A stretch of 64,000 bases of DNA, taken from Devosia sp. (GTDB lineage Bacteria > Pseudomonadota > Alphaproteobacteria > Rhizobiales > Devosiaceae). The notes under the pieces were generated by a model. That model was given only the letters and a program-made list of their open reading frames with translations. It ran no database searches and was not told where the DNA came from. The DNA lies in NCBI GenBank assembly GCA_030680995.1, contig JAUXUM010000082.1:1392-65391 (forward strand), given 5' to 3'. Positions 30,854 through 41,946 of the stretch are shown piece by piece (the first letter of the stretch is position 1; every line of letters starts with the position of its first letter). The position numbers were made by a program, and so were the translations under genes.

Positions 30854-31753
30854 ATGAGCATAGCTGTTTCCATCGCCGTGGCATGCGCCAACGTCCTTGG
30901 CGAAGGCGCCTGCTGGGATGCGGCCGGCGGCAGACTCTGGTGGGTGGACGTGCCGCTCCCGTCGCGGCTCCATCGGCTGGATCCGGCAAGCGGCGCGGTG
31001 CACCACCACGACATGCCGGAAATGATCACCGGTATCCGCGCGACAAAGGATGGCAATGGCCTGATCGTCGCCTGCCATAGCGGCATAAGCCGTTTCGATT
31101 TCAGCTCCGGACGGCTGACGCACCTCCTCGATCCGGAGCCGCAGAAGCCCTACAACCGCTCGAACGACGCCGGGACCGACGCGCGCGGCCGTTTCTGGTT
31201 CGGCACCATGCAGAACAACATTGCGCCCAATGGCGCCGGGATCGACCTGGTCTCGGCGGCGGGCACGCTTTTTCGGCTAGATCCCGACATGAAGCTGACC
31301 GCGGCCGAAAGCGGCATCTGGATCTCCAACACCATCTGCTGGAGCCCCGACAACCGGACGATGTACTTCTGCGATACCGCCTCGGGCGTGATCTCGGCCT
31401 ACGATTTCGATCTCGACGACGGGGTGATCACCAACAAGCGGCCGTTTGCCGGATTCGATCGCGGCGTGCCGGACGGATCATGCGTGGATGCGGACGGGTG
31501 CCTTTGGAACGCCCGCTGGGACGGCGGTTGCGTCGTCCGCTTCACGCCCGACGGCAAGGTCGACACCGTCGTTGAACTGCCCGTCGCGAAGGCGACCAGT
31601 TGCGCCTTCGGCGGCCCCGGCCTTGAGGACCTTTACGTCACCACGGCGCGCTACGGGATGAGCGAAGGCGACCTTGCCGCCGCTCCGGATTCGGGACATC
31701 TCTTTGTCTGCCGTCCGGGGGCCAAGGGGCTGGTTGCGCCTGCGTTCGGCTGA
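30854..31753 (+). CDS. SMP-30/gluconolactonase/LRE-family lactonase
   Basis: LGEGACWD..LWWVD, NDAGTDARGRFWFGTM and PDGSCVDADG patterns of the six-bladed propeller lactonases. Confidence 0.75.
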   Translation: MSIAVSIAVACANVLGEGACWDAAGGRLWWVDVPLPSRLHRLDPASGAVHHHDMPEMITGIRATKDGNGLIVACHSGISRFDFSSGRLTHLLDPEPQKPYNRSNDAGTDARGRFWFGTMQNNIAPNGAGIDLVSAAGTLFRLDPDMKLTAAESGIWISNTICWSPDNRTMYFCDTASGVISAYDFDLDDGVITNKRPFAGFDRGVPDGSCVDADGCLWNARWDGGCVVRFTPDGKVDTVVELPVAKATSCAFGGPGLEDLYVTTARYGMSEGDLAAAPDSGHLFVCRPGAKGLVAPAFG

Positions 31754-31773
31754 ACGGCTGGGCGTCTCCGCCC

Positions 31774-32859
31774 CTAGAGGTCCACCTGCTGGCGCGCTAG
31801 CGCGGCGGTCAGCACCGGCCCCTGTCCCCAGGGCACGATGAAATTGACCGGCACGTACCAATAGTGCTCCTCGGCCAGCGCCGAGTAGACGGCGGCGGAA
31901 ACACCCCGGAGATCGCCATTGCCGTCAAGATTGGCGAGCATGGCATCGTAGGCGCGGTCGGCCGCCGGCCGGAACGTCGCTTCCGGAAGGATGCCCAGCT
32001 TGATGCCGCGGTAGAAGGCTGTCGCCATGAAGGCAGCCGTCGACGATTCCGCACCGGACTTCGGCTCATGCACCAGCGCGTGCCAGTTGCCGTCCGCAAG
32101 CTGATGCCGCACCATGCTTTCGGAAAGCTCCCGTGCCCTGGCGACGACTGCGTCATAGCCTTTCGATTGGGGCGAGGCATATTTGATCACGTCGAGAAGG
32201 CCCAGCAGGGCCCAGCCCTGGCCTCGGCCCCAGCCGCGGGTATAACCCCGCCCGGTCTTTTCCAGCCAGAAGTGGCGATAGAGCTGCAACTCAGGGTCCC
32301 GGAGAAGATCGGAATACCCCAAAATCTCGTCCACCGCCCGCTGCGACCAGTGCTCGCCCTGTCCAATATGATGCAGGTGCGCAAAGAACGGCGGGTCAAA
32401 ATGCATGCAGTCCAGATAGATGCCCTCGCCCGGGTCCTTCAGGAGTTCGGTCTCTTCGGCGGTCATCTTCACGCCGCCATAGGGCTCGCGCAGCGCCCGG
32501 CGCGTGTCCCTGAAGGTGATCGAGACATTGTTGATCCGCCGCCGGGAGCCGAGATGCTCGGCCAGCTTCACCACCGCCTGGCGCAGCACCGTATCGCCGG
32601 TGCGCCGGACGATCTCGCACATCATATGGCCGGGCGCCGTGTTGTCGTCGGGCTGGAAAGGTTCCATCCGTGTTGCCCAGGCGCGGAAGAATCCATGTGA
32701 GAAATCCTGCCAGTTGCGCACCCCGAGCAGGTCGCCAGCGGCGATCAGGCCCTCGAAGCCGATGGAATCCCCGTAGAACCAACCCTTGAATTCGTGTTGC
32801 TGCAGTCTCTCCGCCACTCGCTTGAACAGCTGGCGTCGCCCTTCGGTCGGCTTGGTCAT
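31774..32859 (-). CDS. glycoside hydrolase family 88/105-like (unsaturated uronyl hydrolase)
   Basis: 361 aa with alpha/alpha-barrel-like patterns such as GWGRGQGWALLGL. Family call is from memory. Confidence 0.55.
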   Translation of the reverse strand: MTKPTEGRRQLFKRVAERLQQHEFKGWFYGDSIGFEGLIAAGDLLGVRNWQDFSHGFFRAWATRMEPFQPDDNTAPGHMMCEIVRRTGDTVLRQAVVKLAEHLGSRRRINNVSITFRDTRRALREPYGGVKMTAEETELLKDPGEGIYLDCMHFDPPFFAHLHHIGQGEHWSQRAVDEILGYSDLLRDPELQLYRHFWLEKTGRGYTRGWGRGQGWALLGLLDVIKYASPQSKGYDAVVARARELSESMVRHQLADGNWHALVHEPKSGAESSTAAFMATAFYRGIKLGILPEATFRPAADRAYDAMLANLDGNGDLRGVSAAVYSALAEEHYWYVPVNFIVPWGQGPVLTAALARQQVDL

Positions 32860-32879
32860 CTCATCCCTTTGCGGGCCGG

Positions 32880-33683
32880 CTATTCGGTAAGCGCGAAGCC
32901 CTTGTTGGCGTCCAGTATGGCGCGCTGGATCAGGTAACGCATGGCCGCCTCGGCCCGATCGGCGTCATTGGCGGCAAAGGCGTCGTAAACATCCTGATGC
33001 AGTTGGTTGGTCTCCTCCATCCCGACGAGCGTGGTAGTCGATCCCCGGGTCTGCATCTGAACGTCGATCATGAGGGCCAAGGCCGCTTCGATCACGGAGA
33101 ACAGTTGCCCGAGGATTTCCGACCCCACCGCCGCCAGGAACGCGCGGTGAAATTCGAGATCGGTGATGATAAAGTGCTCTCGCTGTTCGTGCGGGCTGAA
33201 CTTGGAAGCGTCGAGGACCGCGGTCTTGGCCTGCCAGGCGGCATGAATACGCGCCTTCGCCGCCGCCGAACCATAGCTCGTAGCCGTCCACACGACGCCT
33301 GGCTCGAGCACGAGGCGGACCTGCAACAGATCCTTCAGCAGGACATCGCGATCCGCTGCCTGCATCCGCCACTGGATGAGATCGGGGTCGAGCAGCCGCC
33401 ATTCGGCGCGCGGCATGACCTTGGTCCCCTCCATCTGGCGGCTGCGCACCAGCCCCTTGGCGTTGAGGATACGCATGGCCTCGCGAACCACGGACCGGCC
33501 TACCGTGAGCTGGTCCATCAGTTCGGCTTCGGTCGGCAGGATTTCGCCCGACTTCCATTCGCCGGCGACGATCCGGCAGCCCAGATCGCCGACGACTCCA
33601 CCGAGAATGCCTCGCACCTGCATCAGGCCGGCGAGACGACCTTCCGCCCGATTCAGCGGGGGCTTGTTTATCACCTTCGTCAT
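32880..33683 (-). CDS. GntR-family regulator (FCD type)
   Basis: GEILPTEAELMDQLTVGRSVVREAMRILNAKGLV HTH plus a helical C-terminal domain. Confidence 0.8.
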   Translation of the reverse strand: MTKVINKPPLNRAEGRLAGLMQVRGILGGVVGDLGCRIVAGEWKSGEILPTEAELMDQLTVGRSVVREAMRILNAKGLVRSRQMEGTKVMPRAEWRLLDPDLIQWRMQAADRDVLLKDLLQVRLVLEPGVVWTATSYGSAAAKARIHAAWQAKTAVLDASKFSPHEQREHFIITDLEFHRAFLAAVGSEILGQLFSVIEAALALMIDVQMQTRGSTTTLVGMEETNQLHQDVYDAFAANDADRAEAAMRYLIQRAILDANKGFALTE

Positions 33684-33782
33684 TGCGAACCGCATCTCCC
33701 GATGTTCCTTTGATCCCATGCGCAGAGCGCCCGCATTTATCTCCTTTTTCCAAATTGCCCGACACTTTTCTAGAAGGTCAGA

Positions 33783-33796
33783 TTATCATATAAAGT
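33783..33796. promoter_or_regulatory. TTATCATATAAAGT motif, candidate GntR operator (copy 2, autoregulatory position)
   Basis: Lies about 100 nt upstream of the GntR start at 33683. Matches 30007-30020 at 13 of 14 positions. Confidence 0.35.
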
Positions 33797-33941
33797 AGCT
33801 GTACCCGTTGCAACCGGCAATGCCGCCGGCACAAGAAATTCCGGGAGACGCGATTTGGACAGACCTCACGGCATCGCACCAGAGGACGGTTTGCAGCGCC
33901 CCCAACGAAGCCTTCGCACGACACCCGTCGTCGTGAAATAA

Positions 33942-34706
33942 TCAGCCAGCGAACCGGGCGCCGAGCCCGCCATCGACCCGCCAGTTGGCGCCGGTGACAA
34001 AAGAGGCTTCGTCCGAGAGCAGGAACACCACGCAATTGGCGATCTCGCCCGGTTGTGCCATGCGCCCCATCGGGTGGACGTCGAGCACCTTCTGCCGCAG
34101 TTCCGGATCGTTGCGGTCGAAGAATTCCTTGACGAGGAAGGTCTCGGTGTAGCCGGGCGACAGCGCATTGACGCGCACCTGATGCGGCCCCACTTCGAGC
34201 GCCATCGAGCGGGTCAGCCCGACGAGACCGGATTTCGCGGCGGCATAGGGGAACATGCTCGGGTAGGTCATGTCGGCGTGGATCGAGGCGATGTTGACGA
34301 TCGAACCGTGCCGCGCCGCGATCATTCCCGGCAGCACCGCGCGGGCCACCAGCCAGGCGGATTTGAGATCGACGCTGAAGACGTCGTCCCATTGCGCCTC
34401 GGTCATGGTCACCGGATCGGCGTAGGAGTTCTTGCCCGCATTGTTGCAGAGCCCGGTCACCGGCCCGAGCTTTCTGACCGCCGCGTCATGCGCCGCCGCG
34501 ATCTCGTCGGCCACACGGATATCGGCACGCTGGAAGAACACGCGGTCGGGCGCGTCAAGTCCGTCGGCGAAGGCGCGGCCGGCTTCCGCCTCGATATCGA
34601 TGAAGGAGACCCTTGCGCCTTCCCTGAGCGATTTTTCGACGATCGCCGCGCCGATGCCGCGGCTGCCGCCGGTGACGAGGATATGCTGCCCGTCCAATCT
34701 TGCCAT
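33942..34706 (-). CDS. SDR-family oxidoreductase
   Basis: From MARLDGQHILVTGGSRGIG, with NNAG and YAAAKSG. The start is 1 nt from the dehydratase stop. Confidence 0.85.
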   Translation of the reverse strand: MARLDGQHILVTGGSRGIGAAIVEKSLREGARVSFIDIEAEAGRAFADGLDAPDRVFFQRADIRVADEIAAAHDAAVRKLGPVTGLCNNAGKNSYADPVTMTEAQWDDVFSVDLKSAWLVARAVLPGMIAARHGSIVNIASIHADMTYPSMFPYAAAKSGLVGLTRSMALEVGPHQVRVNALSPGYTETFLVKEFFDRNDPELRQKVLDVHPMGRMAQPGEIANCVVFLLSDEASFVTGANWRVDGGLGARFAG

Positions 34707-34707
34707 G

Positions 34708-35871
34708 CTACCAATCCGCCACGCTGCCGTCATGATGATACCACTGGATCGGCCCCACTTCCTCGAAGGGGTGCTTCGCCGCCGCCGCAAGGTCGATCTC
34801 GATGCCGATGCCTGGCGCCATGCCCGGCGCGACATGGCCGTCGATGATCGGAGTCGCCCCCGACACGACCTCGTCGCGCCAGGGCACATCGGCCCGCATC
34901 ACTTCCTGGATGAGAAAGTTCGGGGTGGCGAAGCCGAGATGGATATTGACCATGGTCGCGATCGGCCCCAACGGATTGTGCGGCGCCATCGATACCCCGA
35001 ACGTGTCGCAGAGCGCGGCGATCCGCCGCGTCTCGGTGAGTCCGCCGGCATGGCAGACGTCCGGCTGCGCCACGGCGATCCCGCCGGCCTGCAGCAGCGG
35101 CAGGAATTCGTGCCGATGTACGAGCCTTTCGCCGGATGCGATGGGGATGGAGGTGGCGTGCGCGACCCGCGCGATGCCCCGCCAATCCTCGGGCTGGCAC
35201 GGCTCCTCGAGGAAGAACGGCCGGTAGGGCTCGAGCACTTTCGCGTATTCGATGGCCATGGCCGCCGTGGTGCGGCCATGCAGATCGACCATGATGTCCA
35301 TGTCGTCGCCGGCGCCCTCGCGCGCCGCCGCCATCAGCGCCTCGGCGCTCTTGAGCGCCGCATACCCATCGAGCGGCGCCGTCTTGCCGACGGCGAGGAT
35401 TTTCACCGCGGTGAAGCCGTCGGCTTTCGAGCGCGCCGCCTTCTCCGCAAACGAACCCGCCACCGCGCTTTCGTAGACCGCGGTGGAATCGCCGCCCCCG
35501 AGATGATCGTACATCCTGAGCCGCTTGCGGCTCAACCCGCCGATCAACTGCCAGAGCGGGACGCCGAGATCCTTGGCCTTGAGGTCGTAGAGCGCCTGAT
35601 CGATGCCCGAGAGCGCCGACATGGTGACGATTCCGCCCTTGAAGAACGGATGCCGGAACATCACCTGCCAGAGGTGCTCGATGTTGCGCGGGTCCTCGCC
35701 CATGATCAGCAGCGAGAGGTCCTCGACCGCCCCGACCACCGCGCGGGTCTGGAACTCCAGCGTCGCTTCGCCGAGCCCGTAGAGGCCGGGGATATCGGTT
35801 TCGACCCGCACGAAGATCCAGTTCCTCAGCCGCGCGTTGACCACCTGGGTCTTGATGGATGTGATCTTCAC
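34708..35871 (-). CDS. enolase-superfamily sugar-acid dehydratase (galactonate/mannonate dehydratase-like)
   Basis: MKITSIKTQVV..WIFVRVETDIPGLYGLGEATL..SGIDQALYDLKAKDLGVPLWQLIGG closely follows the DgoD/ManD N-terminal pattern. Confidence 0.75.
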   Translation of the reverse strand: MKITSIKTQVVNARLRNWIFVRVETDIPGLYGLGEATLEFQTRAVVGAVEDLSLLIMGEDPRNIEHLWQVMFRHPFFKGGIVTMSALSGIDQALYDLKAKDLGVPLWQLIGGLSRKRLRMYDHLGGGDSTAVYESAVAGSFAEKAARSKADGFTAVKILAVGKTAPLDGYAALKSAEALMAAAREGAGDDMDIMVDLHGRTTAAMAIEYAKVLEPYRPFFLEEPCQPEDWRGIARVAHATSIPIASGERLVHRHEFLPLLQAGGIAVAQPDVCHAGGLTETRRIAALCDTFGVSMAPHNPLGPIATMVNIHLGFATPNFLIQEVMRADVPWRDEVVSGATPIIDGHVAPGMAPGIGIEIDLAAAAKHPFEEVGPIQWYHHDGSVADW

Positions 35872-35908
35872 GCCGCCGCCCCTTCGAAATGCCGCGCGAA
35901 CGCCGTCG

Positions 35909-36934
35909 TCACCGTCCGGTCAGCGACTGCCGGCGAATGCGCCGCTCGATGACCGTCTGCGACACCACCGAGATGACGATGACGAGCCCGAAGCAGAGCT
36001 GGGTGTAGAAGGCATTGATGCCGGCCGACACGATCCCCGCATTGATGGCCCCGATGATGAAGGCGGCAACGAACGAGCCCACCACCGAGCCGGTGCCGCC
36101 GAACACGGAGGTGCCGCCAAGAAACACCGAGGCGATGGTATAGAGAAGGAACCCGTCGCCCGTCGTGGGCCAGAAATAGTAGCCGTAGATCGAGGTCATC
36201 AGGCCCGCGAAGACCGCCATCACCCCCACCAGCACAAAGGCCCGAGTTTTCACCGACACCACATTGATGCCCATTAGCCGCGCACTTGTCGGGTTGTCGC
36301 CGACGAGGAACACATGCGCCCCGAACCGGGTGCGGTTGAGCAGCACCCAGAGCACGAAGGCGAGGACGATCATCCACAGCGTCTGCACCGGGAACCCGAA
36401 CACCGGCTCGCGGAAGATCTTGTGCATCTCGGGGAACTTGTCGGCGGTCAGCGGCACGCCGGTGCCGTTCATCAACACCAGCTCGAGCCCGCGATAGAGG
36501 AACGACGTACCGATGGTGATGACCAACGAGGGGATACTGAGCTTGGCGACCAGCAACCCGTTGATAAGCCCGCAGGCGGCGCCGGTGGCGAAGGCCACCA
36601 CCAGCCCCAGATACCAGGGTGCTCCGCCATAGGCGGTGACGAGGCAGAAGGCGGCCGTGCCCAGCGCCATGATCGAGGGGAAGCTGAGGTCGATCTCGCC
36701 GGTGATGACCACGAAGGTCAGCGCCAGCGCGATGATGCCGAATTGCGGCGTGGTCTGCGCGAAGGCGTTGTAGATGTTGAGATTGGTGAACACGGCCGGC
36801 GCGGCAATGACGAAGGTCAGCCACATGGCGAAGCCGACGCCGATGATGCCGAGCTGGCTGCCGTGGCGTCGGAGCATCGATGGCGGCGCGACGCGGTTGT
36901 TGAGCGGTTTGCCGGTAGCGGTTTCGGTTGCCAT
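35909..36934 (-). CDS. sugar ABC transporter permease (CUT2)
   Basis: 341 aa hydrophobic ORF. Confidence 0.8.
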   Translation of the reverse strand: MATETATGKPLNNRVAPPSMLRRHGSQLGIIGVGFAMWLTFVIAAPAVFTNLNIYNAFAQTTPQFGIIALALTFVVITGEIDLSFPSIMALGTAAFCLVTAYGGAPWYLGLVVAFATGAACGLINGLLVAKLSIPSLVITIGTSFLYRGLELVLMNGTGVPLTADKFPEMHKIFREPVFGFPVQTLWMIVLAFVLWVLLNRTRFGAHVFLVGDNPTSARLMGINVVSVKTRAFVLVGVMAVFAGLMTSIYGYYFWPTTGDGFLLYTIASVFLGGTSVFGGTGSVVGSFVAAFIIGAINAGIVSAGINAFYTQLCFGLVIVISVVSQTVIERRIRRQSLTGR

Positions 36935-36943
36935 GGACTTCCC

Positions 36944-37747
<804 letters not shown>

Positions 37748-37819
37748 GCTGCCCTCACCTTGCTGAAGACGCGGGGCGGCGTGCGCCCCGCGCCATTGTC
37801 GTCGTCCGAGAATTCCGGT

Positions 37820-38830
37820 CTAGCGGATTTCGAGGGCCGCAAGCGGCGCGACGGCATCGACATTGGTCGCGTCGACGAAGGCGCCGGCGGTGTTGATATC
37901 CAGCCCCGAGAAGCCGTACTTCTTGGTCAGGCAGATATTGAGGATGGGGATATAGCCCTGCAGGAACGGCTGCTGGTCGATCACCAGGTTCTGGAACCCT
38001 TCCTTGACCGCCTGGGCGGTGTTGGGCGACATGTCGAAGCCGGCGAAATACACCTGCCCGGGGGTAAGCGAGGCGGCCTTGGCGTAGACGCCGACATTCG
38101 AGGTCAGCCCGCCATGGTCGGTGACCACGATCTTGATGCCGGGATTGGCGCCCATCACGCCGACGAAAGTCGCGGTGCCGGAGTTCGGGTCGGCATTGGT
38201 CGCGGCGTCGATCTCCTGGTAGATCACCTCGGCCCCGACCTCGGTGAAGGCATCGATCACGCCCACCGTGCGCTGGCCGCGGTCGCCGCCCTGGCCCTTG
38301 AGACCCCAGACGAAGACCTTGTCACCCGCGGCCAGATTGGCGCGCCGGGCCGATTCGGCGCCCAGCGCATGGCCGGCGGCGTAGTTGGGGGCGCCGACAT
38401 AGCCGAGACCCGAAGCCGAGTATTTCTTCTGGCTGTCGGGCAGCGCGGTATTGAGCGTGGTGAAGATGATGCCCTGGGCATAGGCCTGATCGACCACCGG
38501 ACCCGTCGCCGCCTCACCGGCAAAACCGTAAGTTGCGATGCCATCGACCTGGGTCGCCACCGCCTGCTGAATCTGGGTCAGCATCTTGTTCGGATCCCAG
38601 TCCGAGAAGTAGTAGGTCACGGTCGGCCCGAGGTCGAGCTCGGCCTGACGGAAACCGTTATAGACGTTGTTGGCGAACACGCCGCCCTGCGGCCCGCCCG
38701 GGAACGCCGCGATCTTCACCCCTTCGCACCATTTGGCGGTCGGGTCGAGCGCCACGGCGCCGGATGCGCCGAACAACGTCAGCGCCACAGCGCCGACCAG
38801 CGGCGTGAGCCGCGCAAAACCAGTTTTCAT
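37820..38830 (-). CDS. periplasmic sugar-binding protein
   Basis: MKTGFARLTPLVGAVALTLFGASGAVA signal peptide. First gene of the operon. Confidence 0.8.
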   Translation of the reverse strand: MKTGFARLTPLVGAVALTLFGASGAVALDPTAKWCEGVKIAAFPGGPQGGVFANNVYNGFRQAELDLGPTVTYYFSDWDPNKMLTQIQQAVATQVDGIATYGFAGEAATGPVVDQAYAQGIIFTTLNTALPDSQKKYSASGLGYVGAPNYAAGHALGAESARRANLAAGDKVFVWGLKGQGGDRGQRTVGVIDAFTEVGAEVIYQEIDAATNADPNSGTATFVGVMGANPGIKIVVTDHGGLTSNVGVYAKAASLTPGQVYFAGFDMSPNTAQAVKEGFQNLVIDQQPFLQGYIPILNICLTKKYGFSGLDINTAGAFVDATNVDAVAPLAALEIR

Positions 38831-39156
38831 GATGTCCTCCCATTGTCGCGCCGCCCTCCCGGACCGCGCGCGCCTCCTAAGCGCGGCTCAATCGTTAAGG
38901 GAATATGATATGTCTGTAAAGATGCCTTCGATTAGCCTCATTCGGAGGACGAACGGGCCGCGCGTCGATCTCCAACCTGACGCACCAGCGCACGGTACCG
39001 GTCGTCCGGATAGTGGCGGATTGCGCCCATTGTAGTCCGCTGTTTGCCATTGTCGGGCAATGCGGTTATCGTCCCGGTTGACCCAAATACATCGAATGGC
39101 CTTCTCGTCGCGCCGCCCATCGCCGCAAAACGTATGTTATAAGTCAGGAGAGCTGC

Positions 39157-39912
39157 ATGAACGATGCTGCCCCACGCAAGCGCGACGAGGGCGGGACCGC
39201 GACATCCAATGTCGCGGATGAACTGGTGCGCATGATTTTGGGCGAACTCACCCCGGGCGCGAGCCTGCCCAGCGAGGCGGAGCTCGCCCTCCAGCACGGG
39301 GTGAGCCGGGTGACCGTCCGCGAGGCGGTGAAGATGGTGGCGGGCCGCGGGCTACTCGAACTGGCGCGCGGCCGCCGGGCGGTCGTGCGCGAACCCAGCG
39401 GCGTGGCCCTCGGCGAGTACATGACCTGGATCTTGCAGCACGATCCCAAGGGCGTATTCGATCTCGTGGAAGTGCGGATGTCGCTGGAGGTGCAGTCCGT
39501 GGGCCTTGCGGCGAAGCGCGCGACGCGTCCGGCGATCGCCGCGATCGAAAGCACGCTCGCCGCCATGCGCGAGGCGGCGGCGGCGATGGACGAGGCCGAC
39601 GGCGACGAGGATGCCGAGCTTGCCTTCCACCGCGCCGATGTCGGTTTTCACGAAGCCATCGCGCTGGCGGGCGGCAATCGTATCCTCGTCAGCCTGTTCG
39701 AGGCGATGGCGCAGTCGCTTCAGCGCTCGTTCTTCATGACCCGCCGTGGCCGGCAATTGCGCGGGCAGACCTCCTGCGACACCATCATGTCCCACCAGCG
39801 TATCCTCAACTGCATCAAGATAGGCGATGTGCCTGGAGCGGAGGCGGCAATGCGCGTGCACCTAACCGATGCCGCACAGGACATGCGCGCAGCCCTGGTC
39901 GGGACGTTCTGA
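39157..39912 (+). CDS. GntR-family regulator (FCD type)
   Basis: LPSEAELALQHGVSRVTVREAVKMVAGRGLL HTH. Divergent from the 38830-33942 operon. Confidence 0.8.
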   Translation: MNDAAPRKRDEGGTATSNVADELVRMILGELTPGASLPSEAELALQHGVSRVTVREAVKMVAGRGLLELARGRRAVVREPSGVALGEYMTWILQHDPKGVFDLVEVRMSLEVQSVGLAAKRATRPAIAAIESTLAAMREAAAAMDEADGDEDAELAFHRADVGFHEAIALAGGNRILVSLFEAMAQSLQRSFFMTRRGRQLRGQTSCDTIMSHQRILNCIKIGDVPGAEAAMRVHLTDAAQDMRAALVGTF

Positions 39913-40140
39913 CTCAGAAGGCCGGCAGCTGAGGATTGCAGGCTGGGCTTGTCAGGACCAGCCTGTCACCCGATCGGCGGACCCACGACATCGCCTGGGT
40001 ACAGTCGGACAACGACCGCAAATTCGTCGATCCGCACTTCGTCGAGGTGATGGCCGGCGCGCTGCGCGGCGCCCGCGCCGGGCTGATCGGCGAACTGATC
40101 CGCCAATGCGAGGAAGGCGGCCCCGGCAAGGGGCACATCA

Positions 40141-40217
40141 TCCCCTCGAGTTTCCACGTGGCCCCGGGGATGGACGCGCGGGTGCTGGAGGAACCGCTTC
40201 CGGGGAACAGAAGCTAG
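40141..40217 (+). repeat. 77-nt repeat, copy 1 (ends in TAG; forms the tail of track ORF 39936-40217)
   Basis: Ungapped hand alignment to 44769-44845 gives 62 of 77 identical positions. Both copies end with TAG in the same frame. Confidence 0.7.
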
Positions 40218-40457
40218 AGCACGCGCAGACGCGGGTACCAGCCGGACACGCAAAGCGGGACCAGTGACCGCCGCCTGTCAACTGCGCGGTCAGCTATGCG
40301 CCGTAACCGGATATTCGAGGACGCAATAGGTTCTGGGTCCATTGAGAGCGGAAGGTATCGGCCACTGGGACAGCGGCCTTGCCGCCGCGCAGGTTGCGCG
40401 GCAGGCCTCCAGTACCGCTTCGGCCGGAGGCCAATCATCCAGGATCCAAGTAACGGC

Positions 40458-40982
40458 TTATCTCGAGAACGGCACTCTAGCGGTCAGGATCTCGCCGGAA
40501 TCGTTGAACTCAACCTCGAAGTCGACCGTGATGGTGTCGCCGACCAACTGAATGCGGGAACCAATGCGGACATCGGTGCCGCCGCGATCAACCTGCCTTT
40601 CAGCCAGATCGAAACTGATCTGGTTGCCCTGCTTTCGGCCAATTGCATGGCCGGTAAATCCTGCATTCGAGCTCATCACAGCCTGGTAACGCTGCGCCGC
40701 GTCGTCGAATGCGATGGTTCCGGCTACCGAGAGGTTCATGTTGACCAGGGTGCAGCGGCCCGAATAGTTGATCTTGGCCTGATTGCCCTTGGCTACCGTC
40801 AGCCGGCAGCGGAAGGGTTCTGGAGCCTTGCCACCCACCAGCACGCCCGCCCCGCTCCACTTTCCGATATAGGATGTGAGCAGGTCGAGTTCGACCTTTC
40901 CCGATTGCGCCGGCGCAGCTATAAGGCTGGACAGCATGATCGCGGCAATCGCCGTCACGGCATGCAGACGCCTTCTCGACAT
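40458..40982 (-). CDS. hypothetical secreted protein
   Basis: MSRRRLHAVTAIAAIMLSSLIAAPAQS signal-like N-terminus followed by a beta-rich sequence. No family recognised. Confidence 0.5.
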   Translation of the reverse strand: MSRRRLHAVTAIAAIMLSSLIAAPAQSGKVELDLLTSYIGKWSGAGVLVGGKAPEPFRCRLTVAKGNQAKINYSGRCTLVNMNLSVAGTIAFDDAAQRYQAVMSSNAGFTGHAIGRKQGNQISFDLAERQVDRGGTDVRIGSRIQLVGDTITVDFEVEFNDSGEILTARVPFSR

Positions 40983-41121
40983 TTCAGACGCTCTCCGATT
41001 ACCTTGGCGCTTCCCAAACAACTCTATAATCTGCCAGAGTTTGGCCGATGGACTCCGCTGCATCCTTGGCTTGCCCGCGGCGGCGGTGCCAGAGGTCTCC
41101 CCTGGGTCGAAAGGCTAGTTT

Positions 41122-41946
41122 GTGAACGAAATGCAAGGCGCCGGTGTCCCCAATGACCAGGCCGCACAATCTTTTGGTTTGTCCCGTCCGGCAAGTCAAC
41201 AGATTGCGTTAGGCCAAGATTCCGAATCGGGCTCAGCGCCCCCCTCCGGCACGCCGGTCATTGCTGTGTCCGGTGTGAACTACACCTTGAATATCGCCGA
41301 GCGGCCTCTCCACATCCTCAGGAATATCGCGTTCCGGGTGGAGGCGGCCGAAGTCGTCGCTATCGTCGGACCTTCGGGGAGCGGCAAGACGTCCCTGCTG
41401 ATGCTCCTCGCGGGTCTCGAGCGCGCGAACTCCGGTCGGATCGTCGTAGCCGGTCGGAATCTCTCGGAGCTGAGTGAAGACGATCTGGCCCTTTTCCGGC
41501 GCAATACTCTCGGCATCGTGTTTCAGAGTTTCCACCTTATCCCATCTTTGTCCGCGTTGGACAATGTCGGTCTTGCTCTTGAAATTGCTTCTCCGCACCT
41601 CTCCCGTGTACAAACGCGTGAGGCGTCGGCTGCGGCGCTTACAGCGGTCGGGCTGGGCGATCGGCTCAATCACCGCCCTGCCGCGCTGTCCGGCGGCGAA
41701 CAGCAGCGGGTCGGATTGGCGCGCGCCATGATAGCCAAGCCGCGCTTGCTCCTTGCCGACGAGCCTACCGGTAATCTCGATCAGAAAACCGGCGCGCTTG
41801 TCATCGAACTGATGTTCGATCTCGCCCGCCAGCAGCGCACGGCTGTTGTCCTGATCACCCATGATCCGGCGCTTGCGACGCGAGCCGACCGGGTCCTCAC
41901 CATGACGCAGGGCGAATTGACCGAAGCCGAGCCGGTGCGCGCCTGA
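41122..41946 (+). CDS. ABC transporter ATP-binding protein (YbbA/LolD-like)
   Basis: [28 protein letters not shown]. Alternative ATG at 41131. Confidence 0.85.
   Translation: MNEMQGAGVPNDQAAQSFGLSRPASQQIALGQDSESGSAPPSGTPVIAVSGVNYTLNIAERPLHILRNIAFRVEAAEVVAIVGPSGSGKTSLLMLLAGLERANSGRIVVAGRNLSELSEDDLALFRRNTLGIVFQSFHLIPSLSALDNVGLALEIASPHLSRVQTREASAAALTAVGLGDRLNHRPAALSGGEQQRVGLARAMIAKPRLLLADEPTGNLDQKTGALVIELMFDLARQQRTAVVLITHDPALATRADRVLTMTQGELTEAEPVRA

Noticed and set aside
39936-40217. 93-aa ORF downstream of the GntR gene as a confident gene call.
   Set aside because: Third-position GC is high, but the start (TTG directly after GAGGA) is poor and its tail is the duplicated 77-nt repeat. It is kept only as a finding, not as a feature.
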